64,000 nt of DNA from a candidate division WOR-3 bacterium (GTDB taxonomy: Bacteria; Hydrothermota; 32-111), in the NCBI GenBank assembly GCA_037481815.1, contig JBBFKX010000002.1:277920-341919 (forward strand). Direction: 5' to 3'. Numbering within the stretch: position 1 is the stretch's first letter; the number at the start of each line of letters is the position of its first letter. This document shows, piece by piece, positions 11,401 through 21,542 of the stretch. A model generated the notes under the pieces. It saw only the letters and a list, made by a program, of their open reading frames with translations, ran no database searches and was not told the origin of the DNA. Position numbers and translations under genes: made by a program.

Positions 11401-12990
11401 AAGAAAAACTTTATTTTTAGATGAAAAGAGATCAGCGAGTTCTTTCGCTTTTTCTTTCAGATTCTGATCAACTATGATTACATAATTTCCTACATTTGTC
11501 GGAGAATCAAGTTGATTGAACTTGAAGGTCTCTATGGTATCGGGCTTAAGAAAGGAGGTGTTTTGATACACAGAATAGTTAACAGAGGAAGTAAAAATCT
11601 GATCAGTAAAATACAGGTCGTAATTTCCAAGAACTGGATCATAAACTGTTATGAAATTTGTTATATTCTTCAAATCTTTTCTATAGATTTTAATATCTGT
11701 TGATGTGAGACCTTTAATGTGAAATTTGTATGAACCAAAATTCAGATTCGAGATTTTAAAATCAAGTTTTCCATTTTTTACAACAAGATTTTTCATATAT
11801 GAATATTCAAAATAGTTTAACCCTACACCTAATGTGTCTCCACCTATAAGTTCAAATTTAATTTTAGAAGAATCTCCTGTAGCACTCAAAGAATCTTTTG
11901 AATATTTATATGGAGAAAGATCATCCCATTTTATTGTATCGATCAGAGAATCATTAATATAGAAACCTAAAACATGATCTGGATTCAAAAGAAGATTATA
12001 GGAAAATCCATGAAAATATGCAGAAAAATTGAAATTCTGATAAAGAGTATCAAAATCGTCTAAACTTATATATTTTTCATAAGGAACTGTTTCGTTTATT
12101 GAGTACATGAACCAGAGATCAGATGTATCTATTGTAGTTCTTCCACCAAGTGGTTGATAAAATGAATCATTTTCAATATGTACTTCACAAAGATATGAAC
12201 CAATAGTAGAATCTATCAAAGAATCATCGATAACCTGATTATCTATAACATACCTTATACCATTTCCTCCACCAGCAACTATTACATAAACATTTTGAAG
12301 TTGGTATTTATCAAAATAAGTGTTTTCTCCTTTTTTTCTTTCACCATAAAATTCAAAATAATCTCCTGCTCCAAAAACATTATCACCTGTACCATACATA
12401 TTTATTGGAACTTGCACATTTTTGTTGTAAACCTTTATTGTTTTGGGATCATAAATTGAAAGATCTATTCCGGTTCTACTCTTAATATCATCATAGTATA
12501 TTCTGTATAATCCGCTCTCCCCGATTTTCATCTTTGCAAGAGGTGTTCCATCATAATCTAAAGATTTAACCTGTTTTGTTATCCTCGGTTTTATATAATT
12601 TTTTAAATCTTTACCATTAACAGCTATCGTTCTTAAAAATTTTTCAGTTTTCTCATCCGGATGGATAACCTTTCCAATATTTTTTGTTTTTTTAAAATTA
12701 ATTGTAACCGTGTATTTTTCTTTATACGGTTTTAAGGGAAGTATTTGAAAATCTTTAAAAAAGAAAGGTTTTCCCAAAACAATATCTTTTAAACTTGAGG
12801 GATATAAATTTACAGAAAAATCAACAGGTGGAAGTATCAGAACTTTTGTAGAATCATTTTCTTTGGGGAGATAATTAACAGTTATACTTTCTTCTGAAGA
12901 ATTATAACTGAATGAAGGAAATGAAAGAGAAAAATTCAAGATGATAGATAAAAAAATGACTATTTTAAATTGTAAAATTTTTCTTTCCAT
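8485..12990 (-). CDS. PorU-like C25 peptidase/sortase with CARDB/Ig domains and T9SS-type C-terminal domain
   Basis: PorU N-terminal pattern (GLYRI, DYFEFYGE, NVY); C25 core LLGDGSYD, SDNYY, SRFP; catalytic His (YAHGA) and Cys (YSCDTG); DTIPP Ig domain; CTD NFPNP...NGTYFYYI. Confidence 0.8.
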   Translation of the reverse strand: MERKILQFKIVIFLSIILNFSLSFPSFSYNSSEESITVNYLPKENDSTKVLILPPVDFSVNLYPSSLKDIVLGKPFFFKDFQILPLKPYKEKYTVTINFKKTKNIGKVIHPDEKTEKFLRTIAVNGKDLKNYIKPRITKQVKSLDYDGTPLAKMKIGESGLYRIYYDDIKSRTGIDLSIYDPKTIKVYNKNVQVPINMYGTGDNVFGAGDYFEFYGERKKGENTYFDKYQLQNVYVIVAGGGNGIRYVIDNQVIDDSLIDSTIGSYLCEVHIENDSFYQPLGGRTTIDTSDLWFMYSINETVPYEKYISLDDFDTLYQNFNFSAYFHGFSYNLLLNPDHVLGFYINDSLIDTIKWDDLSPYKYSKDSLSATGDSSKIKFELIGGDTLGVGLNYFEYSYMKNLVVKNGKLDFKISNLNFGSYKFHIKGLTSTDIKIYRKDLKNITNFITVYDPVLGNYDLYFTDQIFTSSVNYSVYQNTSFLKPDTIETFKFNQLDSPTNVGNYVIIVDQNLKEKAKELADLFSSKNKVFLVGTEEIYDEFNYGMRGVKPIKDFLISAYNNWSVPPTHVLLLGDGSYDNNNHLKIFDYSIPAPYYYENSAYSRALIASDNYYATIVGDDPVEDISISRFPVRNESEIDVAIQKVKHYLDWKNSGIFNLKFIFAYDTTPPGTGLPSYVDAKYQSLKLASMMPDYIGVDFVANLYDNNGDFIDQLNYGASILNIYAHGAAQSIGSGVYIRLTDVLRMNNINRLPFVKVYSCDTGYYDELFRDQQSIGEAFVLSPFGGSIAYYGSATASTDNLNNSLGESNFRQIAFNGIKNIGDIILYGELNFFINSSAFGSSNLDDPNVYEIKNYGLLGVNLLDLKIPDISEKTCSLSSYQIAPKDTLVIIHSDSNLKDGFLESVIIDTERRMLIFDHSNLVNGYGENTLYLPDSLPASSMVLATVAFTGDTSVLYLSYPTVGGDGIKSFYISPSNPDTLTEFRIFARIGGKNLKNLIANYKYPNSTYYYTANMIQDSLDSLLFYTNLLSPIKAKKSSYDYFYYYISYSDSTENINFTSFTKKLLIPPYPDAKILQKPYLSFKDKSPAITVKISNGGERDINSMPVHFYNIDQNDDTLLIGIDTISLKGGETKESKVKIAKNYFREKIYVFAAEDTLIFPDRNFTNNKVMESDFDYIYSYIYGKQPFDSSLTYHSLCIFNNGQTNDDTNLIIVSRDSLNEIDQNLEILSVDKQQMDVYRIDVLNPDYKNVLLLYPHSELLPANVLMYDSLSNKFVLEGERREDTILFTFERNTERFVIGRWNDTIPPLVKIFVENKEVYYSTLLVNNVDLGITVEDNEGIDTKSFLIMIDDDTLSSESDYKVTKETVTKTMPVKVSKFLENGTHTLKVYCKDIYGNSTEKVFDFQVSNQFKIINVANFPNPVVGKNTRIVCELSKNPESATLKIYKSNGELFKTYNLSFLKDRFVYADIQIDDYRNGTYFYYIEAESDGEKVKSKIQKMSVIR

Positions 12991-14375
12991 CTTTTTTCAC
13001 CTTTTTCAACGATCAGAAAATAAATCCCTGTTTTAAACTTTGAATGATCTAAAGTAAATTTATCTGAGACAGATGAATAACTACTCACTATTTTACCAGA
13101 AACATCATAAATAGAGATTCGGTAATTTCCCTGATTTATAAAATCAAAAATCATTTTTGTTTTTTCTTTGCTCAACTTGTATGGTTTTTTATAATCTTCA
13201 GTTATAGTGTACTTTTTAGAATCTGTGTAATATATCCAGTAAATATTGTTTGGCCAGAAAGATGATTCTGGAGTTTTATCATTAAGTATATAAACAAGAT
13301 GTATATTTTCATTTTTATCTAAAATACATTGAGGTGTAACAATATATGAAGTATCATGATGTGCGATAAGTTTTATACTGTCAACAACTTCGTTTGATAT
13401 GTCATAAACCAGCTCATACAACTCCCCATAATAGTAGTTATCTGAAACATAAAACAAGTGAATTTTGTTGTCCAAAATAAGACCGGTCGGATAATAAATA
13501 TTTGAATTATCATCTGACAAAAGTTTTGGAGTTGTCCAGATACCATTTGAATATTTTGAAATATAAAGTTGACTAAGTCCATTTAACAAAATTGTAAACA
13601 CTGCAAATTCATTTTGTCCATCAGAAATAATATTGGGATAGTATATATCAGAAGTTAAACTGATAATTGAAATTTCATTCTGCCAGATATTGTTTGTTCT
13701 TCTTTTGTTAAAAAGATTTTGATATCCATTGTTATCTTTGGTATATATAACTGAAACATCTTCATTTGGATAAACATAAAAATCATAATTAAGACAACTT
13801 TCACGTGAATTTGTTATATTTGTTGGATTATGTATAATAGAATCAAAATAACCATAATATATGTCGAAAACACCTGTTGAATCATCACAATATATAAAAT
13901 GGTGCTTTTTGTTTCTGTAAAAGGATTTAGGATACCATGAGTTTGAACTTGTATTTGTTACCTGAAAAATGGACGAGAGTAAAACACCATCAAAATATCT
14001 GCCAAATATATTAAAATTACCATCCTGTCTGCTTTCCCAGAGAAACAAAAATCTTCCATCCTCATCAACAGAAAGTGTTGGCATCCATGACAGAAGATAG
14101 TATCCTGTTCCACTTTCAGGCTTATCATAAACTATGCCATCATATAGCCATTCATTTCCATCATATTTATACTTTCTGATACAAAAATAAACATCTTTTG
14201 ATGTATCATACCACCCAAGGTGAAGATTTCCCAGTGTATCTTTTACAAAAAGATGAGAAGCGTTCGGTTGAAAATAAGCAAGACCATACTCCCAAATTTT
14301 AAAAGGGGTACTCCATTGAGAAAAAATAAAAGTGAATGTTAAAAATGGAAATAGAAAAAGAAAATATTTTTTCAT
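12960..14375 (-). CDS. Secreted beta-propeller-like protein with T9SS-type C-terminal domain
   Basis: Signal peptide; repeated P-x-L-x-x-D-x-x-G/N-x-(L/I)-H blades; CTD IYDVSGKIV...TGIYFLIV. Confidence 0.7.
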   Translation of the reverse strand: MKKYFLFLFPFLTFTFIFSQWSTPFKIWEYGLAYFQPNASHLFVKDTLGNLHLGWYDTSKDVYFCIRKYKYDGNEWLYDGIVYDKPESGTGYYLLSWMPTLSVDEDGRFLFLWESRQDGNFNIFGRYFDGVLLSSIFQVTNTSSNSWYPKSFYRNKKHHFIYCDDSTGVFDIYYGYFDSIIHNPTNITNSRESCLNYDFYVYPNEDVSVIYTKDNNGYQNLFNKRRTNNIWQNEISIISLTSDIYYPNIISDGQNEFAVFTILLNGLSQLYISKYSNGIWTTPKLLSDDNSNIYYPTGLILDNKIHLFYVSDNYYYGELYELVYDISNEVVDSIKLIAHHDTSYIVTPQCILDKNENIHLVYILNDKTPESSFWPNNIYWIYYTDSKKYTITEDYKKPYKLSKEKTKMIFDFINQGNYRISIYDVSGKIVSSYSSVSDKFTLDHSKFKTGIYFLIVEKGEKRWKEKFYNLK

Positions 14376-14381
14376 AAGTAT

Positions 14382-14410
14382 ATTTTAATTGTTAACCAAT
14401 TTATTGTCAA
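14382..14410 (-). promoter_or_regulatory. Sigma70 promoter, probably leaderless
   Basis: TTGACA-17-TAAAAT, then 6 nt, then ATG at 14375; no SD sequence. Confidence 0.75.
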
Positions 14411-14422
14411 TAGTTTTGGATT

Positions 14423-15520
14423 TTACAACTTTTGTATAAAATCTTTAATAAAAAGTTCTGAAAGTTTGTTTGTTTTATCCCAATCAAAATTTTTTGCCCA
14501 CTTCTTAGCATCATTTTCCATCTGCTTAAGTTTTTCCCGATTTTTTAAAAGATACAAAATTTTTTCTGCAAGTTGATCTATGTTTCCATATTCATAAAGT
14601 AAACCTGAAAATCCGTCTTTAACAGAATCTTTAAGACCCAAAACGTTTGATGAAATAACAGGAGTTCCGAGTGCATTTGCTTCAATATTAACTATCCCCC
14701 ATCCCTCAATAAAGGATGGGTATACAGATATCCAACTTTCCTGTAAAATTTTTATCTTTTCATGTTCCGAAACATAACCTGTAAAAACGACATCTTCTAT
14801 ATTCAACCTTTTAACCAATTTTTTTAACTCATTTTCATAATCTCCCATCCCAACAATGTATAAAACACATTCTTTACATTGGTCTTTAACCTTTTTAAAA
14901 GCCATTATAAGATGGTGAACAGATTTATATTTTTTTAACCTTCCAACATAACATATCTGAGGGTTTTCCTTTTTTTGATAGTTATAACTAAAAAATCTTT
15001 TATCTATCCCACATTCTATAACTTTTATCCTTTTCTCATCTATGCCTCTTTTTAAAAGATCTTGTTTCGTTGAGTTTGAAATAACCTCAAAATAGGAGTT
15101 TTTATAGATCATTTTCAATGGTTTTTCAAAAAGATACACGTATGTTCCAAAAACAAAATTCGTCTGTTTAAAAATCGTTTTTCCAAAAATATGAGGTACA
15201 ACCACAAAAACCGGAATCCTTACGAACAAAGGAGTAAAAAATGGGACCTTATTTATATCCTCTATAATAAGATCTATTTTTTTTTGCTTAACTAAATCTT
15301 TGATTTTAAAAGCAACAAAATAGTTGAACAGTAATTCATTTCCAGTATGTATATAAGAAACATTGTTGATAACCTCATCTTTTGCACCTTTATAGCCAGA
15401 CGTTAAAAAGAATACATTATGTTTTTTAGCAAGATGCTCTGCAATTTTGGTAATATGAATTTCAGCACCCCCGTATAAGGGGTTTTTTAAATCTCTCCAA
15501 TTGATTATCAAAATATTCAT
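14423..15520 (-). CDS. Glycosyltransferase family 4
   Basis: NWRDLKNPLYGGAE, VGRLKKYKS, EGWGIVNIEANALGTP. Confidence 0.92.
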   Translation of the reverse strand: MNILIINWRDLKNPLYGGAEIHITKIAEHLAKKHNVFFLTSGYKGAKDEVINNVSYIHTGNELLFNYFVAFKIKDLVKQKKIDLIIEDINKVPFFTPLFVRIPVFVVVPHIFGKTIFKQTNFVFGTYVYLFEKPLKMIYKNSYFEVISNSTKQDLLKRGIDEKRIKVIECGIDKRFFSYNYQKKENPQICYVGRLKKYKSVHHLIMAFKKVKDQCKECVLYIVGMGDYENELKKLVKRLNIEDVVFTGYVSEHEKIKILQESWISVYPSFIEGWGIVNIEANALGTPVISSNVLGLKDSVKDGFSGLLYEYGNIDQLAEKILYLLKNREKLKQMENDAKKWAKNFDWDKTNKLSELFIKDFIQKL

Positions 15521-16575
15521 TCTATTTTTTCAACTCCCAAAAGGTTGTAATCTTTATCATATACAAAATTTTTCGTCATAATTTTAAACAAAGGATACCC
15601 GTTATACTTCATAGAAGGTGGCATTTTTTCTTTTAAGAGAGGATCTGATGAAAAATATTCGATTCTGTCATATGTAAAGTTACTATTTCTTTTGATTATT
15701 CTTACAGCAAAATTTGAATCCGTTTCAAGAGGTTTTAAAAGTGTATCAAGATAAATTTTTTTAAATTCATATCCAATATCATCATAGAAAATTAATTCGT
15801 AAAATTTTTGTAGACAACCTTTAGAATCTTTTTTTATTTTTAAACTCTTAACACCTTGAAAATTCCCATCTTCAATCTTTTCAGTATTCAAGACAATGTA
15901 CTCTTCTCTGTTAAAAAATTTCAAGGAATCAACAATATTTTCGTTATTTTCATTTCTAACAATCTCTTCAAAACCAAGAGCATCAGATGATAAAAATAGT
16001 TTTCCATCTTCACCAACACTATAAAATTTGACTTCCCACCTACTTGAATTTTTATCTTTAATAATAGTAGAGAGTTTTATAACAACAGAATCAATCGATG
16101 GAACTTTTTCACCTTTATCATCTTCAAAATAAGAAAAAACCTTTTCACAACATTGTTTTTTTCTTTCAAAAGTTATAAAGATCATTTTTTCAACATAATT
16201 AAATGCTTTAACACTTTCATTTTTTCTATCAAAAAATTTATAAATCATCTTTTCAGCAAAAAAACTATCATCTTCAATCTTCAAAAATGTATCAACATAA
16301 GAAATCTCCATTCTTGAAAAGTTAGATTTCCACCCAAAAACATCCTTTTCAACAGGTTTACCTTTATAACATATTTCTATTGAAATTGGCCTTTTTTTAT
16401 TATCGTAATATATTCTATAACCCTCTATCTTTTCAAACTCTGATTTTGTAATCTTTTCTCTACCATAAATTCTCCCTATAAGATCAAAGTCCAAAAATCT
16501 GTAAAATTTTTCAGATGATAACAAGATTTGATAAAATACACAAAAAATTAAAAATAGAGCAAAAAATTTTTTCAT
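15517..16575 (-). CDS. Exported hypothetical protein with YD-like beta-hairpin motifs
   Basis: Signal peptide; YYDNKKR, FYDDIG and YDKDYNLL motifs; SD AAAGGGG. Confidence 0.6.
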   Translation of the reverse strand: MKKFFALFLIFCVFYQILLSSEKFYRFLDFDLIGRIYGREKITKSEFEKIEGYRIYYDNKKRPISIEICYKGKPVEKDVFGWKSNFSRMEISYVDTFLKIEDDSFFAEKMIYKFFDRKNESVKAFNYVEKMIFITFERKKQCCEKVFSYFEDDKGEKVPSIDSVVIKLSTIIKDKNSSRWEVKFYSVGEDGKLFLSSDALGFEEIVRNENNENIVDSLKFFNREEYIVLNTEKIEDGNFQGVKSLKIKKDSKGCLQKFYELIFYDDIGYEFKKIYLDTLLKPLETDSNFAVRIIKRNSNFTYDRIEYFSSDPLLKEKMPPSMKYNGYPLFKIMTKNFVYDKDYNLLGVEKIE

Positions 16576-16647
16576 ATATCCCCTTTCATTTTGAAATATT
16601 CTATTAACTTTTTTAAAAAAAACAAGAAAAAATTATATTTTTAATAA

Positions 16648-16675
16648 TTGACATTTTTTTTGGTATATATAAAAT
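16648..16675 (+). promoter_or_regulatory. Sigma70 promoter of the TPR-pyr-cyclase operon
   Basis: TTGACA-16-TAAAAT; SD GGAGG before ATG 16707. Confidence 0.6.
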
Positions 16676-16706
16676 AGATAAATATGGGAATTTGGAAGGA
16701 GGATAA

Positions 16707-19700
16707 ATGTTAGATCTTTTCTCTTCAGGTGATCCCACAAAAATAATTGAAAGAAGCAGTAAACTGAGAATAGAAGGTAAACATGATAAAGCGGAACAAC
16801 TTTTAAAAAAGAGCATTAAAAATTCAAAATCAGATTTTATAATCCTGCTTGAACTTGCAAAAACACAATTTGAAATGGGGAAAATATCCGAATCTGTAAA
16901 TACGTTGAGAAGTTCTTATTATCTTTCACCTGAAGAGATAAACAAAATTATAAATGTTGGAGAGGATCTCCATTACAGGGCAACATCACAAAAAGATCAA
17001 ACAGCAGCTGTTCTTATAGAAATGTATATAAAAAAAAGGGATTTCGAATCTTTCAGAAAAATTTTTGACACACTTTCTGGTGATGAGATAAAAAATCTGA
17101 TCAGCTATTTTGAAAAATTATATCTTAATGTAAAAAATACAAAAACTGTTGATCAGTTCAACAAAAAGGATATAGAGATATGTTTATCAATGGGTATTTT
17201 ATATCTTTATAACAAAAATTTCAAAGAAGCAAAACCTATACTTGAAATGATTTTCAGAACACAGGTTAAGGACAGGGATCATATTCTCTCAGAGTATATA
17301 AGTGTCGCAAAAACAACCTATGGAAGCCCTGAACCTTATATTGCGATCGGAGATCTGTATATTTTGATAAACGATAAAGATAAAGCGATAAACTACTTTC
17401 AGAAAGCTTCTTCGATTGATCCCAAATTAAAAACAGATATTTCAAACAAAATAGAGGAACATATCACTGATACAAAAGAGATCTCAGAAACAAGTAAATA
17501 TTCAATAGTTGATCTTGCGATAGAAAAAAAGGATTATAAAAAAGCACTCGATATAATCCATGAAATGATAAAAGATAAAAATGAAGTAACAGAAGAGATA
17601 GTCAGGAGAACATACCAGATAATACAGGGTGCTCCAGAATTTGTCGAAGGTTATAAACTCTTGGTTGAAATTTTCCTTCTAAAAAAAGAAATATCAAAAA
17701 TATTCACTAATCTTGAAAAAATTTATGAGTTAAAAAAAGAAGAAAAAGATTTTATTCTCAATACGATAGATCGAATAGAGAAAGAAAACATGTCAAACGA
17801 AGAAATACTTTTACTTAAAGCAATCATATTTTTCGATAACAACGAATTTAACGAATCAGCAAAAATAATCAAAAAGGTGTATTTTGAAAACAATTCCTAT
17901 ACTTTCGATGTGGAAAAACTCGCGAATAAAATTCTTGATAAAGATCAAAAAAATATCGATGCATTGGAAACAATCTGCCAAATTTTTCTTGATAAGAATG
18001 AGGTTGACAAACTCAAAAAGATATGTGAGTACCTTATTTCACTAAACAATGAAGAATACATATCTATCGCAAAAAAATATCTACAAATAATTTACGAAAA
18101 AAATCCATCAGATGTTGATATAAAATTAAACCTGAGTATCGCTCTTATAAAATTGGGGAAAATCAAAGAATCAGAAGTGATGATAACTGAAACTTTAAAA
18201 TCGAACCCAGAAACTTTTTATGTAATCATACCACAGTTCTACAATTCAGCAAAAAATGATAAAGATGTCGCAACAATAGTTTTGAAGATCCTAAAAAGCA
18301 TCGATAGAAAAAAACTCGATCCATTTTTATACGATTTTTCTCTCTGTGAAATGTCATATCTCGCTTCGGATCTTGAATTCTCTCTTGGAATGTTAAAAGA
18401 AATGTTTGAAAAATTTCCCGAAAAAGAAGATGATCTTCTTGAACTTCTTGGAAGGATTAAAGATTTTTATCCAGAAAACGAACTCGTTGCTGATTTTGAA
18501 TTCAAACTCTTCACAGACAAAAAAGATTACAGGAAAGCTTATGAATCTCTTATAAAACTTAGAAAAGACAAAACAAAATTAGGACATATTCTTGACAATC
18601 TTTACATTCTGAACAAAAATCATCCCGAAAACGTTTCCATAGTTGAAAGTATAATGGAAATTCTTGATGAAATGGGATTTTACGAAAAGATCATAAAAGA
18701 AGCCGATATCCTTTCTTCAATACTTGATCAACAAAAGATTGGCAAAATAAAATTTTTCCTCGGAAAAGCGTATGCAAACAAAGGAATGGTAAACGATGCA
18801 GCAACAGTTCTTTATCAGGCAATTATCCTCGACAAAACCTTAACAGAAAATACACTCACAATATTAAAAGATCTCTTGAAGTATGATCCATTTTCACTCA
18901 GAGTTCACTACACACTCTCTCTGGCATACTATCTGAATAAAAATATTGATTCAGCAATAGATGAACTACTTGAAATAGTTAAGATCGATCCCAATCAGAT
19001 AAACATCGCAATTTCGGAATTGGAGAAGTGGAATGAGAACATTATAAATAATCCGAAATTAAATTTTTCATTGGGAACTCTATATTTTGAAACAGCACAA
19101 TACGAAAAAGGTATTTCAAAAATGTATGAAACTTTTGAAATCGACAGTTCATACCTGGATTCGATTATAAACTTAATGTCAAATTATATTGAAAAGGAAT
19201 CTGAAAATGGAGAAATTCTTTATGCGACCGGAGTTTTTTATGCCAAAAAGGGTCTTTATAAACTCGCTTCCGATTATCTGTACAATGCAATGTCGATAGA
19301 GACAGGTTTAAAGGAAAAGGTGATATCACAACTACTCTTTATAATAAATCAGCAACCCGATGAAGTAGATCCCAGATTTTCTCTTGCTCAGGTCTATAAA
19401 GATATGCATAACTATATGCAGGCGATTACCCTTTTAAGACAGATAGAACTTATAAATCCATCTGAAACAGAAAATGTAATAAGCTATTATAAAGAAATGC
19501 TTGTTAATGAACCTAACAATACTTTTCTTTTAATATCACTCGCCGATTCTTATCTAAAGTTGAACAGGACAACAGAGGCTGTCGAACTTTATTCAAAGAT
19601 AATAAAAATAAATAAAAAATATATTGATGAAATTATTGATAGAATAATAGAAATTGAAAATAAAAATTTTGAAATACAATTATTTCTTGTTGATCTTTAC

Positions 19701-20495
19701 TTCGAAAAGGATGATTTTGAAAATGCATCAAACTGGTTAAATTTCCTTTATCTTACATCTGAATCTGAAGATTACGATCGTATAATCGAAAAAGCAAATC
19801 TTATTCTAAGTAAAGATCCAAAAAATCAAAAAATGATATCCCTTCTTTCCCATCTATATTATGATCTGAACAAATTTGATAAACTTATAGAATTAACGAT
19901 GGAAATTTATGAGAAAACAACAAAGAATGAAGAAAAGATTAGATATGGAATTCTGCTCGCTCAGGCGTTTAGATTTTTAGGAAATCAAGAAAAGAAAAAT
20001 GAAATAATTTCTTTTTTAAAAAATTTGAACATCGACCTGTACTATGAGATAATTCTCCAGATATATGAAGAGGAGAAAAGTAAAAAAGGATCAAAAATTG
20101 AAAAATTGTTCCAAAAGGAAAAATTTGATGATGAGAAACTGATAATAGAATATGCTTTCAATTTATATAAACAACAAAGATATTATGAATCTATAAATGT
20201 ACTCAACAGAAAGTTTACGGATAAAAATCTTGATTACGAAAGAATTTATATACTTTCTCTTAATTATGAAAAAATTGGAAATATAACCTATGCTTTAGAA
20301 ATAGGGTCAAAACTCAGAGATTCTTCAGAAACAAAACATTTAAACCATTTAATAAATTTGATGAAAAAACTTGGATACTACGGCGAAATAGAAGGTATGC
20401 TGAGAAATAAAAAAACAGACATTGGATTCTCTTCAGAGTTAACTAAAACAAAATATTATAAAAATCTGTTTTCTGATTACAGGATTATAATTTAA
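16707..20495 (+). CDS. Large cytoplasmic tetratricopeptide-repeat protein
   Basis: Many TPR-like units (e.g. PYIAIGDLY...AINYFQKASSIDP, RFSLAQVY...); no signal peptide. Confidence 0.85.
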   Translation: MLDLFSSGDPTKIIERSSKLRIEGKHDKAEQLLKKSIKNSKSDFIILLELAKTQFEMGKISESVNTLRSSYYLSPEEINKIINVGEDLHYRATSQKDQTAAVLIEMYIKKRDFESFRKIFDTLSGDEIKNLISYFEKLYLNVKNTKTVDQFNKKDIEICLSMGILYLYNKNFKEAKPILEMIFRTQVKDRDHILSEYISVAKTTYGSPEPYIAIGDLYILINDKDKAINYFQKASSIDPKLKTDISNKIEEHITDTKEISETSKYSIVDLAIEKKDYKKALDIIHEMIKDKNEVTEEIVRRTYQIIQGAPEFVEGYKLLVEIFLLKKEISKIFTNLEKIYELKKEEKDFILNTIDRIEKENMSNEEILLLKAIIFFDNNEFNESAKIIKKVYFENNSYTFDVEKLANKILDKDQKNIDALETICQIFLDKNEVDKLKKICEYLISLNNEEYISIAKKYLQIIYEKNPSDVDIKLNLSIALIKLGKIKESEVMITETLKSNPETFYVIIPQFYNSAKNDKDVATIVLKILKSIDRKKLDPFLYDFSLCEMSYLASDLEFSLGMLKEMFEKFPEKEDDLLELLGRIKDFYPENELVADFEFKLFTDKKDYRKAYESLIKLRKDKTKLGHILDNLYILNKNHPENVSIVESIMEILDEMGFYEKIIKEADILSSILDQQKIGKIKFFLGKAYANKGMVNDAATVLYQAIILDKTLTENTLTILKDLLKYDPFSLRVHYTLSLAYYLNKNIDSAIDELLEIVKIDPNQINIAISELEKWNENIINNPKLNFSLGTLYFETAQYEKGISKMYETFEIDSSYLDSIINLMSNYIEKESENGEILYATGVFYAKKGLYKLASDYLYNAMSIETGLKEKVISQLLFIINQQPDEVDPRFSLAQVYKDMHNYMQAITLLRQIELINPSETENVISYYKEMLVNEPNNTFLLISLADSYLKLNRTTEAVELYSKIIKINKKYIDEIIDRIIEIENKNFEIQLFLVDLYFEKDDFENASNWLNFLYLTSESEDYDRIIEKANLILSKDPKNQKMISLLSHLYYDLNKFDKLIELTMEIYEKTTKNEEKIRYGILLAQAFRFLGNQEKKNEIISFLKNLNIDLYYEIILQIYEEEKSKKGSKIEKLFQKEKFDDEKLIIEYAFNLYKQQRYYESINVLNRKFTDKNLDYERIYILSLNYEKIGNITYALEIGSKLRDSSETKHLNHLINLMKKLGYYGEIEGMLRNKKTDIGFSSELTKTKYYKNLFSDYRIII

Positions 20496-20507
20496 AAAGG
20501 AGTATAT

Positions 20508-21542
20508 ATGGAAGATAATCTTCAAAACCAAAATCCAATTGAAGAACAAACTCCAAAAGAAGAAAACATAGAGATTTCTAAAGAGGAAGTGAATTATTCA
20601 AAACCAGATGAAATTGAAAATAAGAAAATTGAAGAACAAAAATCTTTAAACCTTGAAAAAATAGAAGAAGATCTAAAGGAATTTTTAAAACAGGTAAAGG
20701 ATTCAAGTGATTCGGTAACAAACAATTTTAAAGAAACTTTGCTGAGATTTGAAGCGATCAACGAAACGATATCTGTTTTACCAGAAATGAAAGAACTTAT
20801 AAAAAACAATTCCGATGGTTCAAAAGAGCAGATAATGGTCTTGGAATCAAAACTTGAAAATATTTCAAACAATCTTGACAATATTGTTAAGTTGATTTCT
20901 GAAGAAAAGGACAATATTAAACTTCTTATTGATAATTTTAATGAAAAAAATCAGAACATGTTTACCAAAATGGATTCTTTAATTTCAAATCTCGAAAAAA
21001 TTTCGGAAACGGTTCTGAAAGTAGTTGACTACGAAGAAAATCTTTCAAAAAAAAGGGAAACTGAATTTGCAATGATGCAAGCTAAAATATACAATGAAAG
21101 AGGTCTTCTTCTTTTTTATAGAGGAATTTTCAGCACAGCATTGAATTATTTCCTCAAAGCAAATGAACTAGATCCAACATCACCAGAAATTTATAACAAT
21201 ATAGCGCAAACTTATCTAAAACTTGGTAACCAGCAAAAAGCGGAAGAAAACTTTAAAAAAGCGATTGAAATTTTCCCTGATTTTGCTGAAGTTTACAACA
21301 ATCTTGGTTTAATGTATCTATCGAATAACCAATTTGAACTCGCGTCGGAAAATTTCAAAAAAGCCATTGATCTTAATCCGGATTTTTCAGAAGCGTATTT
21401 AATGCTTGGAAATGCTTTCCATTCTCTGAAGAAATATGATGACGCTGTAAAAAATTGGTCTAAAGCTTTGGAAATAAATCCATATCTTGAAGAAGCAAAA
21501 GAAAAATTAAAAATCATAAAAGAAGGAGAAATAAATGTCTGA
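20508..21542 (+). CDS. Coiled-coil plus TPR protein
   Basis: Acidic/coiled-coil N-terminal half; four canonical TPRs (YNNLG, AYLMLGNA). Confidence 0.88.
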   Translation: MEDNLQNQNPIEEQTPKEENIEISKEEVNYSKPDEIENKKIEEQKSLNLEKIEEDLKEFLKQVKDSSDSVTNNFKETLLRFEAINETISVLPEMKELIKNNSDGSKEQIMVLESKLENISNNLDNIVKLISEEKDNIKLLIDNFNEKNQNMFTKMDSLISNLEKISETVLKVVDYEENLSKKRETEFAMMQAKIYNERGLLLFYRGIFSTALNYFLKANELDPTSPEIYNNIAQTYLKLGNQQKAEENFKKAIEIFPDFAEVYNNLGLMYLSNNQFELASENFKKAIDLNPDFSEAYLMLGNAFHSLKKYDDAVKNWSKALEINPYLEEAKEKLKIIKEGEINV

